From: the human T2T-CHM13v2.0 reference genome, Homo sapiens
DNA length: 64,000 bases
Assembly: GCF_009914755.1 (NCBI RefSeq)
Contig: NC_060927.1
Reading direction: 5' to 3' (one strand)
The notes under the pieces are model-generated. The model had not been told where the DNA came from, searched no databases, and saw only the letters and a program-made list of their open reading frames with translations. Each line of letters starts with the position of its first letter. Within the stretch, counting starts at the first letter, position 1. The position numbers were made by a program, and so were the translations under genes. Positions 14,151 through 28,139 of the stretch are shown piece by piece.

Positions 14151-17100
14151 AGCTAAACTATGTAGGTAGGCTATTATTACTGTAAAAACAAAAGAATGTG
14201 CTTATTTTCTCTGACTAAATTTCTATGTAAATTCATAGAAAAAACCTGGATAAAAAGCTGGACATTTTGTATAATAATAAGTAGATATCAGAGTGATGCA
14301 GCTCCTTTTGAGTAAGGAGGCAGATCTGAGAGATTGAAGGTAAATTCAAAAGAAACTTCAACCATATCTGCAACTTTTAATATTTTTGAACAAAGTGAAT
14401 TGCTATTTTGCTTACCTATATGAATTTAATAAAACTATTGAGGTGGGTTTATTGTACAAGTATGTATGATAAGAACATTAACCCAGACAATATTCTACGT
14501 GTGGCAGGACCTTCCATTGCAGAAGCATCACATAAAAATAGCTTTTATTAATTTGAAGATTGATCGACTTTCCTTCTTTCTTTTTCCTCCCACAGATTTT
14601 TGGCCAATTCACTGCTCACTAACATCTCCATCAAAGGGTAACTGGGTTGGGGCACCGGGTGTGGGAAGGAGAGGAAGGAAACGAGAATCGGCAGTTTCCA
14701 TTACCTGCTAGCAACTCTGGTAAATAGGTTTAGTAGGGGGAACTGTTGAAAATCAGTTATTCAGATTATCTGAGCCTGTCAACCATGCATGTTACACCCT
14801 CCTCCCATTAGCATAGACTCAGGAGAATTGGCCCTAATTGCATTTGCAGTGATAGTGACTGAAACAAGATTGTTTAATGATTATGTGGCTCCTTAAACTG
14901 ATTTTTTTCTTTCATTTGGCACATCCCAACAGAATACTTTGAGGAAAAAGGCATTTTCTACTTTATTCTCAGCTATTAAATATCTACACATCTTTCAGGA
15001 TAATGGATAGTCTAGATAGACCAAAGACAACTTCTTTGAGTTTGAAAAAATATATTTTATCTTTTATTTTGGTCTGTCAATAGAAGAGTTTATTTGGGAT
15101 ATCCAGGTAGCAATAAAAAACATAATATAATCAATAAGAGACATTCAAATATTTGAATGTCACTCAATATTTGAGTAAATATTTGTTGAATTTAGAGGAT
15201 TTAAGAGCAGAGTTATAATACTGGCATCATAAAAAAATCTTCTAGGTTTTAACTGTAAAAACACCGAGTTTTAACCAAATAATTCCAGCCAATTCAATAT
15301 GAATCATTTTTTTTTCCTGGAATTAAAATGCTGTGTTGAAAAGAAGCTTGGAATAAAATTTGAAAGACTAGGATTCTAATTCAGATCACCACTTTACTTA
15401 GTGATTTTGAGACAAATTTCAGATTCTGACTCAGTTTGTTCGGCTACAGATTATTGTATGAGGAAAAACCCTACGTTTAATGTTTTACACATATTTTTAT
15501 ATTTATAATTTTTACCCCAACACTGATATTAATGGGCTGTATCGTAGAAGGCTTTCACTGGTAGCAAATGGAACTGGATCTTGACCCAATCATATACTGG
15601 TTATTTGATGTTAGTGAAACTAAGGGGCCTCTCCAAGATTCTACTTCCTTATTTGTAGCATGAGGTCACATATAATTAATTTATATATCACTGGATTGTC
15701 GTGAAGGTGAAAATGATAAAGTGCATAACATCATGCCTGAGACATAGCAATCCCATAATAAAAGGGAGTTATCCTCAAATTTTAGCTATCCCACTAACAA
15801 GATAACACTGTGTTTTTCTCCTTTTCTAAGGAAAAACACACATTGTAAAATAAGAATTCTTCAAAGACAACTTGAAGACATCTGGGAATTCTGAAGCCTG
15901 AAAATTCCATGAGTTCATAGCAGTGTTCACTAATTCCACTGATCTAAAGACAAAAAGGAGAGTCAACTGCGTGCCCAAACTCATTTCTGATGATTTCTTC
16001 CATCCTAACTTTTCTGCCTCTCTGGGGGTGGTTATGCCTGTGAAAAACATTGAAGCTGTCAGGAACAGAGTCGGCTTTCAAGATTGGAATGTCAAAGTAG
16101 AGTCTTCTTTTCCTCAGACCAGAAGGGGCTTGGTTGGGTAAGAGTTTCCAGATCTAAATGGAGACAGGACTGGGATATAGGAGCTTGTACGGATAAACAA
16201 CACAAACACCTTGGGTAAGTGATACACCAAGAGAGATCAAAATAGGGTAGGAACACGATCCTAAAGCTATGTGAGATACGAAGCCAAGAGACCCTGTCTA
16301 CAGGCTGATATGTATTGCAACCAGAGGCCACCTACACTCAAGAAAATTCTAAATGATGTAATAGGTTGTGGACACTTTCTTGTAAAAATGATCGATATTT
16401 TTTTCTTATAGGGATAAAGCTTAAAAGCATGGGATGTATCTCCATTAGGAAATATGAAGTGAGTTGGTATATTACAGGTAGGTTAGACTGAGATAATTAT
16501 AAAACTGGGCTGATTTTACATAGAGAAGAACTTGATTCCTAAAGGTGTTGAAGGACAAGATGGGGACAGTTATTGAAGTGTTCAGGTGCTGTCCTTTGTA
16601 GTCTGTAGCCTATTAAAATAATACACAACTGAACACAGACCCAAGGAAAGGGGTTCTACTCATCGCTAGAATGTAAACTCTAAGAAGATAAGGATTTTGT
16701 CTGCTTCATTTATTACTGTATTCCCAGCTCCTAAAAGAGTGTCCAGCACTTAGTATCTGTTGGTAAGTACCTGTTGAATTAATTAACCAGTGGTGAGACT
16801 TTGGAAAGCAGCTAGTCCATCTGTAAGATTGTTTTCTCATCTGTGAGATGAGTCAGTTAGATTAGATGTTTTCTAAGCTTATTCTAGTTTTAAAATTGTA
16901 TATTTCTATAAGAAATGATAAATGAAAAATGTCCATTCCTTTTTCATCTCCATCACCCATCTCACATCTTCCTTCAGTGCCTATGTGATCTGTTTGAGTA
17001 TAACCAGGTGTACAAAAGTACTAAGTGATATGAGATGACTTCAGTAGTCCAGGGACTCTTTCTTCCCCCACTCTGTAAAGAGTTATTTGCTTAATTTAAT

Positions 17101-17814
17101 GTACATTATAAAAACAGAATTTGTTTCTCAATTTCATTTATACTCATACTATAGTTTACTTTTCACATAAATTTAAGGTACAAGGAAGTCAACTTAAAGA
17201 AAATATTTTAAGTAAATTATAATGCAAGTTCTACACAGATGTAGCGCAAACCACAATGGTAGGACACAAGCAATTGCTATTTGAGAAATAGGCCTCTTTG
17301 TCAGTACTTATGGCACGTATCTTAAAACCCGACTTTCACTAGTGCTCTCAAAGGAACTTAGTCACAATTCAAGTGACCATACCATTTAGCTGAGGGCCCT
17401 TTATTCCTGTTTATGGTAAAATAATTGCCTTAGTTGTACTTTTAAAAAATATACTTTTTCTTCTTCTGACCGTAATGGGCTAACTGCCATTAAAGAGACC
17501 ATCTATCATAAACGATTAGAGAACTGGATAGAATATATGAAGCCACTGTTTTTGGACAATAGGCAGCACAAAACGATGATCCCTGAGAAAAAGGAAGGAA
17601 ATGAGGTGATGCCTATAATTGCCCTGATTTTTTGCCTGGAGATACTGTCTGAACTGCTACTCTGGAAAGGAAAACTCAGGTGAAACATGGGGCCTCACTA
17701 AGTAGAGGAGACAGGGTCAATATTGGGAAAGCTGAAATGACTGGAATTTGCAGGGCAGAATATGGGGAAGGAAGGAGCTATGTAGGGAAAGAGCTCAAGA
17801 AATACGCACAAAGG

Positions 17815-18434
<620 letters not shown>

Positions 18435-18697
18435 GAATATGCAAAGGATGTTCTTGAGTTTTTGGCTGATTATGAAACTATATAGGGTAAGACTCCACAA
18501 GTGAAAGAACAGTACTTGGAAAGACAATTACTGAAGAACTATAAACTGAACAACTACCAGATCTCCTCCTGAACTGAAATATATTCAAGTTCCAGCCAAA
18601 GTCGAGACACACAATTGAATTTATGCATCATTTAGTAGAGACCCCAAAATATTCATGCCTCAGTAGTAATGCAAAATTGTCCCTACAATAAAAACTA

Positions 18698-19405
18698 CAG
18701 TAGCTCCCCCTTATCCATAGTCTTACTTCCTGGAGCTTCAGTTACCCACAGTCAACTTCAGTCCAAAAATATTCAATGGAAAATCTCAGAAATAAGCAAT
18801 TCATAAATTTTAAATTGTACACTGTTCTGAGTAGCATAACGAAATTTCAAGCCAGCCCACTCTGTCCCACCCAGAACATGAATCATCCCTTTGTCCAGTA
18901 TATGCTACCCTCCCATTGGTCACTTAGGTTATCAGAATGACTGTGGCAGTATCGCAGTGCTTATACACAAGTAACCGTTGTTTCGTTTAATAACAGCCCC
19001 CACATGCAAGAATAGCAATGCTGGCAATTTGGATAAGCCAAAGAGAAGCCACAAAGTACTTCAAGTAAAAATGTGAAAGTTCTTGACTTAACAAGGAAAA
19101 AAAAGTCATGCTGAGGCAGCTGAGATCTACAGTAAGAACACATCTTCTATCCTTGGAATTGTGAAGAAGGAAAAAGATATTTGCTAGTTTTGCTGTTGCA
19201 CCTCAAACTGCAAAAGTTACCACCACGGTTCATGCAAAGTGCTTAGTTAAGATGGAAAAGGAGTTACATTTGTGGGTGCAAGACATGAACAGAGAGGCAT
19301 TCCAATCAATAGCAATCAGGTTCAGGGGGTACCTTCCTCAGTTTCAGGCATCCACAGGGGGTCTTGGAAAGTATTCCCCATGGAGGGGGGCGGGGAGGGC
19401 TACTG
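18698..19405 (+). mobile_element. MER44 (Tigger7-derived, TcMar) DNA transposon
   Basis: TA-cagtagctcccccttatcc ... gggctactg-TA termini, ~708 bp, with transposase N-terminal remnant (MEKELHLWVQDMNR in ORF 19252-19437). Confidence 0.9.
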
Positions 19406-21189
19406 TACTCCATACTTGTTCTAATAAAACTTTTTAGAAATCTCAAAAAGATTAAGCTAATCTACATGAAATTTAAATGCTTGCTAGAACAAAGCACAAT
19501 GCTCTTTAAGGGAGCAAAACTAAATCCAGACAATCAATACTGTAACACAATGTTTAGCAACATGCAATAAAAAAATTACTAGACACACAAGAAATTAAGA
19601 AAAAACGTCCTTTCCATGACCAGGAGAAAAATGCATCAACAGAAAGAGACCCAGAAGTGAGAGAGATGATAAAAATTAGTGGACAAGGACTTTCAAACAG
19701 CTATCAGTAGTTTAAGTATGTGTATAAAAACATAAATGCAATGAGAGAAATGGGAACTGTAAAAAAGAACTTAGTGAAACTTCTGAAGCAGAAAAATATA
19801 ATATCCGAAGTGAAAAAATTCACTAGATAGTTGCAATAACAGTTTGATATTGCAGAAGAAAAAGGTCAGTGAGCTTGAATAGAACAGAGAGGAAAGTATA
19901 GTCTTTTCAACCATTAGTGCTGTAACAATCAGACTGTATTGAAAAAGACTAACTTTGGTTCCTACCCCTTACCACACGCAAAAAGTAAACTAGACACAGA
20001 TCACGGAACTAAATGTAAAACCTAAAACAATAAAATTTTATGGCCTGGCCATAATGGATTTCTTAGACCATAAAAAGTACTAACCAAAAAAGACCAAATT
20101 GTTAGATTTCCTCAAAAGCAAAAACTTTTGCTACTGACAAAGCACCAATAAAAAATAAGTCAAGTCAAAGATTGAAAGAAAATATTCACAGTGAACATCA
20201 TAGAGTTGTATCTGGACTATAAGAAGAACTTTTATGACTCAATAATATAAAGACAACTACATTTTTAAGAGGAGCAAAAGATTTGAACATACACTTCACA
20301 GAAGAATATAAGGGTCAGTAAACACTAAAAGATACTCAACATCATAGTCACCATAGAAACGCAATTTTAAACCACAATGAGATACCACTACACACCTACT
20401 AAAATAGCTAAAATGTAAAAAGGCAGATATTACCAAGATTTGGAGAGGTTTTAGGAGTACTGGAAATGTCATACATGGGTAGTGAGAGTGTAAAATAGTA
20501 TAAACATCTTAGAACACAATTTGGTAGTTTCTTATAAAGTTAAAGACATGCTTATCATATAACTCACCAACCCCTTTTCTAGGTATCAGCCCAAGAAAAA
20601 TAAAAAACATATGTCTGCTACACAGACTGCTTGTCTACCTATGTATCAACACTTGTTGAACATAATGTGAATGAATCTCAAAAATATTTTGCTGAGTAAA
20701 AGTGCCCAATCCCCAAAAACTACACATCATATGACTCAATTTGTTTGAAGATCTAAAACAGGTAAATCTAGTCTTTATTGATAGAAAATATAATGGCAGC
20801 TGGGGTTAGGGTGGGAGGTTGCCTGGGCAGAAACAGAAGGTAATATTTTAGTGAATTGGGAATTTTATGTGTCTTGATTTTGGTGATCATTATACATATG
20901 TATGCATATATCAAAACTTAAACTGGACACTTAAAATAGATACATTGATTTTGTCTCATGTAAATTATACTTCAATAAAGTTAATAAGGTGTGCATATTT
21001 ATACCCTTCTAGGGAAAAGATACTACAGACTTCCACCCGCACATCTTTCATGTCACGCATGTTTTCAATTTTTCTTTTCAGATTTGTGTTATGCTGTCTC
21101 TCCTTTCCTACTCCTAGTTTCAGCCCCACTACCACCACCATGCTTCATGACCATCTCAGACAAACAAAATTAGTGACAGTTGTCATGAC

Positions 21190-22200
21190 AGTGAATAACC
21201 TCAGAGGTACAAAAAGAAAACTGCACAGACTGTTCCCAACTAGGTGGCAAACCTGTGAAAAGTTTGTAGCATACGAATTGAGATCTACGAATCTATCTAT
21301 AATCTTCTCACATTAATGCCATGATGCTTCATTTAATTTTTGCTTACACAGATCTCTAACAACTCTATTTTTTTCTTCTGAATAAAAACTAAGAATGTTA
21401 TCCCAAGTCTGTGCATCCGAATGTCATGGGTGCATGGGTGAAGGAAGGCAGAAAGAAACTTGGAATAAGATTGAACAGCTGTAGTCATGCTTTCATTATT
21501 TGAAAGCTTTTTGGACCAAAGATAATACACTGTGGGATTTGTTGCCAAAAACGTCAGATTTTTGGTTCCAGCTCATGGTCCAGAAGCTGAAAGTGTGTCA
21601 ACTTGGTAATAGTATCCAACAATAATTCAGTTCTATAGTCTTTGTAGAATGATGGACAAAATGAATGTCAACAACATTAAGCAGCCAGAAACCAAAGGTA
21701 CCTTGTGACCTAGCAGCAAGGAATAAGAGAATCTTAACAGATGTAATTTATAGCATTACTGTTGATGAAGTTAGTAACCTTTAGCAAGGAGACATAGAAT
21801 CAATAGCAGCCTGGCAGTTTGCAGCTGCAGAAATTTATGTGGGAATTGACCAGGAAGTAAGGTGCAAGAGGAGTTGGCAGAATATTTAAACCAGATGAAA
21901 AAATTTTAGGTTAATTATAAAGTGTCCAAAATGTGGAATTAGAATGATTTCTTCAATTTCCTACAAAATGGACCAATGTTTATGAAAGCATCCCAAATGT
22001 AAAGAATTATACATTGATAAATGTACAGAAAGAACATTTCGGTGTTTAAACTGTGGTATTGAAAGTGCCAAATGAGAAAATACATTTCAGAAATTCAGTG
22101 CATGCACTTACATTTATCAGTGCACCCTCTCTTTCTCTGCTTAGATTTTATGGTGTTATTATTGAGATTCATATAATACAGCCTATTCAATTGGACAATT
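21190..22200 (+). mobile_element. Decayed hAT-superfamily (Tip100/Zaphod/Arthur-like) transposase fossil
   Basis: Across frameshifts: KLHRLFPTRWQ (TRW 21239-21247), IEIYESIYNLL, YESIPNV (21981-22001), CTERTFRCL (ERTF 22028-22039), then MR.N/T.ISE. Order and spacing match hAT TRW...FPN...ERSFS...LRST. Confidence 0.55.
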
Positions 22201-23242
22201 GGAATATTGTTATACACAGTTAATCAACAGACTCTGTATAAGTGATAAGGCCTCAGAGAAGAAGAATATTAGAGCTCAACTCCAGCACGATGAGTCGTTA
22301 ACACCCTTGGGAATGTATAGCTGTTAAACAAAACAAGGAGACCATATTGCCCTGTGAATTCAAAGGGATCTAATGGGAATTTCAGAGTAAATTTATTTTA
22401 AGGTATGTAGGAAGCCTAATCATTTAAAGTGCTTTTTCTATTCCGAAGCAACTCATCCCACCACATCTTTTCATTTAGTACTGATCAGTTTCCTTAAAAG
22501 ATTAGAAGGTGAAATGATGCACTCCAAAAAGAGTGATCCTTCTTAATATTTTGCATTTAAAACTCCTTTCACAGCCTCCTACGAATCTGTATTAGCTCTC
22601 CTGTCACAACTTAATGTATATCTTTTGGCCTCAGAAAATTTGGGGGTGTTTAGGATGTTTGTTTTACACTAGTAAAACCTATCTAAAAACAAGCAAAGTG
22701 CTCACCAAAAATAGAAGGTACCATCAAAGTGACAAAACAATCAGGTAATTGTGGGCAACTTAGATGCTCAAGTCAGCAGGAGACAGGTTTATATCCTCAA
22801 ACCTCGTATACTGCTGTTCAAAATATTCATTTAAAAAGTGATGGTAAATAAATCCAACTTTTTATAACTTTTTGCTGTTTACTCCCTCACGAGTGTGTCA
22901 ACTTGAAGTCAGTGATTAATTTTGGAGTCAAGGTCCAAATGCAATTGCACCTGCCTGTAGAAATAACAGTAATATTTCATAGAAGTCTTTCTCACTTTTC
23001 ACTGTCATATTTAGAAACCCCAAATAGAACATTGCATTAAAACTAAGTGAAACTGCAAATGACTTTTATGAAAGAGGATAACATTTTTAGCAGTGACTTT
23101 TTTGACTTGGGAAGACTGGGAGTTTGAATACTGTGCTGTGTACACTAGCTCTTTCCATGACACCAACTCTTGTTAGCTGCCTACATTTGTCCCAGTAATA
23201 ATAGCAACCACAACTACAACTAACGTTTATTTGTTGTTGTCA

Positions 23243-23985
23243 ATGTTGGCATGGATATGGAGAAAAGGTTACACATATACATTGCTGGTGGGAATGTAAA
23301 TTAGTTCAACCTCTATGGAAAACAGTATGGAGATTTCTCAAAGAACTAAAAATAGAACTACTATTTGATGCAGCAATCCCACTACTGGGTATCTACCCAA
23401 AGGTAAAGAAATTATTATATCAAAAAGACACCTGAACTTGTATGTTCATCACAGCATTACTTATAATAGCAAACAACCTATGTGTTCATCAATGGTTGAC
23501 TAGATAAAGAAAATAGGGTATGTGTGTATGTATGTGTGCGTGTATATATATATATGTACATACATACACACATACCCTATTTTATATGATATAAATATAT
23601 ATAAAATAGAATACTATGCAACCATAAAAAAGAATGAAATCCTGCTCTTTGTAGCAACATAGATGGTGCTGGAGGCCATTATCCTAACTGAACTAACTCA
23701 GAAACAGAAAACCAAATACCGCATGTTCTCACTTATAAATAGGAGCTAAACAATGAGTACCTATGGACATAAAGATGGAAATAATAAACACTGGGGACTC
23801 AAAAAGTGAGGAAGGTTAGGGGTGAGGGTTGAAAAAATACCTACCTGGTACAATATTCGCTATTTGGGTAATGGATACACTAGAAGCCCAATCCCCACCA
23901 ATATGCAATATACTCATGTAACAAACAAGCACATGTACCGCCTGCATCCAAAATGTAAAAAAAAAAAACAAACAAAAGAATAAAA
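23243..23985 (+). mobile_element. L1MA/L1PB-type 3' fragment inserted in a MIR
   Basis: atgttggcatggatatggagaaaagg...gatgcagcaatcccactactgggtatctacccaaagg...catgtaacaaacaagcacatgtaccgcctg + A tail. MIR sequence resumes at 23990-24190. Confidence 0.92.
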
Positions 23986-26900
23986 TTGACTGTTGTCTCT
24001 GTTCAAATCACTATTCTAAGTCCTTTCCGTATAACCCACTGACTTCTCTGAATAATCCTACTCATTAGTTATTTCCATTTCTATTTTGCAGTTGAAGAAA
24101 CCGAAGCACAAAGAATAACTTGTCCAAGATCACAGAGTTTAGGAAGTAAGGAAGCAGGGCTTTGAGCTTTGCATCAAGTGATGACCCATAAATGCAAATG
24201 GAATACAACAGGAGTGGGTCCCTAAAGTCCCACCCAGAGAATGCCCTTCTGCCAAAAAATTTCGGATTGAAACAGCAAAAACACCTAAGCAACTGATAGT
24301 CAGGTATGGTATTTTTCGATGTCCAACTATAGAACTGAAAAGATCTTTTCTATGGTTAGTCTACACGAATTTCTGTTAAAGAAGGAACAAATGCCAAACG
24401 TAGGGCAGGGTACTGTTTGACAGTAAAGAAGGAAATTTTAGAATTGCTTTCTGGTGGTATCACTTATTGCTTATTGTTCTCCACCAAAAAGCAACTTTTA
24501 AAAATCAGCAATGATTGAAGACTGTGGCTTGCTAAAGAGGACAGATTTTTCTGGTCTATTATTCTGGAGTGGGGGCAGAGTGGATGTTTGCTTAGCAGGC
24601 AGAGAGCTCAGTACTTTACATGTGGCATGGCATGGTAGATAAGGTTAGGAATTATGTCCTTTTTTTGTTTGTTTTTTAAGATTTGGAACCTAGGCTCAAA
24701 ATGTGCTAAAGGTCACATAGCTGCTAGGTGCTAAAGTGATGATTCAAATCCCTGGTTTATCTGACTACAACAGCTCTTGCTCCTTCCATGATCCTACCAT
24801 TGCAATCCCACCATAGAAATCCTAAATACAAATAAGGACAGATATCATTGTCCAAAATGAGTTTCCATTGTCGGTTTATCTGTTGAGATCGACATTTTGG
24901 CTTTGAAAAAGAAAATTACTGGTTAGTGTTTCACCCTATTTCAACCTCTCTTTCAGCTTCCACATGAGATGATTCCCTTAAAATTTTAATGCTTTCAAAC
25001 GAACGAAATCTAGAGATATTAGCTACATTTTCCAAACAAACAAGGGGTAGGAAGGGTGGGAAAATAACCTAACCTTGTTCTTGAGATCAGAAATGCTTAA
25101 AAGCATGTGTTAAAAGCCCGAGGGAGAAATATTCAGTATTTTTCACGAGTTCAGCTCAGGCTCCATCGCCTAATCATTTTCTTATCGCCAAATATTACAT
25201 ATTTACACAGGTGGTTCTCTGATTTAATTGTTTGAAAGCAGTCACTGGAAGCAAAGCTATGTGACTCAGCTTTGGTGATGTACTCCAGCTGGAGTCTGAC
25301 AGGTAAATAATTACCACTAATCAAAGCCTAGATGAATTCAGGTTCTTCAAAGTCAGATGGGTGAGAAGGGGACAGGGATTATTAATGAACTGTTAGGAAT
25401 ATCGGGAGAAATAAGAGCAGGACAGTCTAGTCTCAGATGAAAACAACAAAGAGAACAATTAACATCAGTAAGACCTCGGGTGCCATGTGTATTACAGCAC
25501 AAAGATCTTTGGCTGGGCTCCGTTATTCCCCATTCAGGCATAATTAGTTTGGGTCTCTTAGGAGCCTCTCTGGGTCTACGAAACTCAGTTGGATGATGAG
25601 CTAGGTCCTTCTCGGTTCTCACAGGGTATAATTGCATGATTTCCTTAAGCAGAATTCAGATTTCTTGACATCAAGAGGGAAAATCTCTTTCTCTTGCTTC
25701 TGCATGAGTAAATATTGTTTAAAATAAAAATTAAGAATGAACACATTTGCTCCTTAAAAGCAAATCATATGAGATGAGTGCATATTAAGTGAACAAACTT
25801 AGATGGGAGGGGGGACTAACCATCCCTAGGGGGCCCACAGATTTCAATAGAAATTTCCATGGAGTTATTATGAAGGATAACTTCCCTGAGGCTTTAGCCC
25901 CTGCATGATGGATTCAAGAGCTTTACTTAAAAGTCAGCCTGTACTGGCTTGTAGAAAGCTTTCAGCCTCTTTTTGCAAGTCATTTTTCAGCTTCCTGGTA
26001 ATGAACAAAACAGGTCTGATAATTTTCAATAATAATCTCAGGAAATGTGTGGTGTAGGACTGCAGCTTTCAAGCAGTTGACACAGAAATCTAGTTCAGTC
26101 AGTGTGGAGAGTGGTGCCTGAAGACGCCTTCTGTGTTTTGGGATCAGCCAGGAGCGCTGTATCAGCCACAACAAGGATATATTTTGACTGGTTTTCATCA
26201 GTTTGACTTGAGTGGGTTTTTTTTTCTTTTTCTTTTTTTTTCTGCCTCTTGTAAAAGCATTTGGCTCTGAAGCAGAAAAAGAGTTTTTTAGTTGTAATTC
26301 AAAGTACTCTTATTGTCTCATAAAATGTGAGCTGGAAGATTTACCTTATGGTTTGGCTGCTGGCTGGAAGTAAGAAGTAAGCAAGAGTCCAGTGCATCAG
26401 GGGAAAATATTAAATGACCCCTTAAGATTCTCTTTAGCCTGAAATTATGGTCCGTACCCTTTTCACCCTGAGCAGAATTCCCAACAGGCCCTTGAATGAG
26501 GAGATCTGGGAGAAACATGCCTTCTTTGGTCAGAATGAGCACCCCAAATATAATAATCCAAAAGAAAAATAGCAACATCTTAAGGAAATGGTTTTGAATG
26601 AGATCTTCCAAGACACAATAGTATGTGCTGACTCAGGGAAACAAGGCGACATGCTGAAAACATTTGCAGGCCTGGAAAATAACTGGTTTAATAATTCAAG
26701 ATGCTTTTAAGTTACACAAAACTACAAAAAAACAAATAAACCTCCATTCCCAAAGTGATGTTATATGTGAGCCACTCGTGAAATGAAAGAAACAGAGCTT
26801 AAAGTCTGATGCAAATTCAGCTTTGTGAAACTCTTAAACAACTGACAAAGAAATTTACCACCCCACACCACATCCCAAATGGACTAATGGAAATATTCTT

Positions 26901-27027
26901 TTCATGACTTCAAAATATTTAGATGAAAAGTGAAATATTTAGTCAATACCCTAGATGTATTTTCATCTGGGTATCATGCATCTGAGTGTTTCCAAGGGGA
27001 TTTTCCAAGTGTTCCTAGGATATACAT

Positions 27028-27215
27028 CAGGGTGTCTCAACCCTGGCACTAGTAGCACTAGTAATGCTTTGGACTGGATAATTCTTTGTTGAGGGAGTTG
27101 TCTCCTGCAAGGTGGGATATTTAGCAGCATTTTTAGTTTCTACTCATGAGACACCAGTAGCACTCCCCAAGTTGTGACAACCAAAAATGTCTCCAGATAT
27201 TGCTAAATGCAAAAT
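27028..27215 (-). mobile_element. MER20
   Basis: cagggtgtctcaaccctggcacta...ggataattctttgttg...tttagcagcat...ccagtagcactccccaagttgtgacaaccaaaaatgtctccagatattgc. Confidence 0.85.
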
Positions 27216-28139
27216 TGCCAGGAGCTAAGAATATACTTCATTTTTACTCATTAAATCCCAAATGCATCCTATGAAATACTGTTTCTGTTATGATCCTATT
27301 TGTTCCAACTTTATAAATAACTAAATGTGGCTTAGAATGCATTAAGTGACCTGTTTGATTTCACAGTCTACTAAAGACAGGACTTCAACAGAGCCTACAC
27401 TCTTTGTCCTAACACTGTAGGCACACACAATTTGACTTAAACAATACTGTAGATGCTCTATGGTCTAAGAGTTCCAAACATACAGAAATAAACACTTTCT
27501 TCAAAGAATCACAGAATGACTCTATTCAAATGTCTTCTCAGTTCAAAGATGTACATTGGAAGTCAGGAAGGACCACACAGTTGTCCATGCCTGGATGTGG
27601 GTAGCTGAGCCATATGTAATTGCTTCAATTTGCTGCTTATTACTTGTACATTCTTTCAGTTACCTGAGTGGATAGCTAAGTCTAAAGAGCCCATCAGATC
27701 CATCATAAAGCAGATGGTGTAAACACTAGTTGACAGTAAACATATTGTGACAATGGAAAGGGAAGAGAATTTGTGAGATAAACATGCCTAAGGTTTTCTG
27801 TTTACTAGCCCTGGAAATTTTTGAAAATTAACTTATTTTAGCTTCTCATTCCTTTATCTGAAAAAGAATAATTGTAGCTATCTTACAAGGTTGTTGTAAG
27901 AAGCTAGTACATGCAAAGCCCATGATATAGAACTTGGTATGTAATAGGCACTTGATATATGGCAGCCATTATTGTGATTCATTTAATGGCTATGAGACAC
28001 AACAGGAGATCCCTCTATTTTCATGAGATGATTGGTGGAGGAGAGGAACCTGATAATGTTTACTGAGCTTTTACTACATGCCAAGCAAGCACTGTACCAA
28101 GTGCTTTACATGAATTATTGGATTTCATTCATGAAGTTG

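Noticed and set aside
21236-21250. CTCF-like caactaggtggca
   Set aside because: Mismatch at a key C, and better explained as the TRW codons of the transposase fossil.
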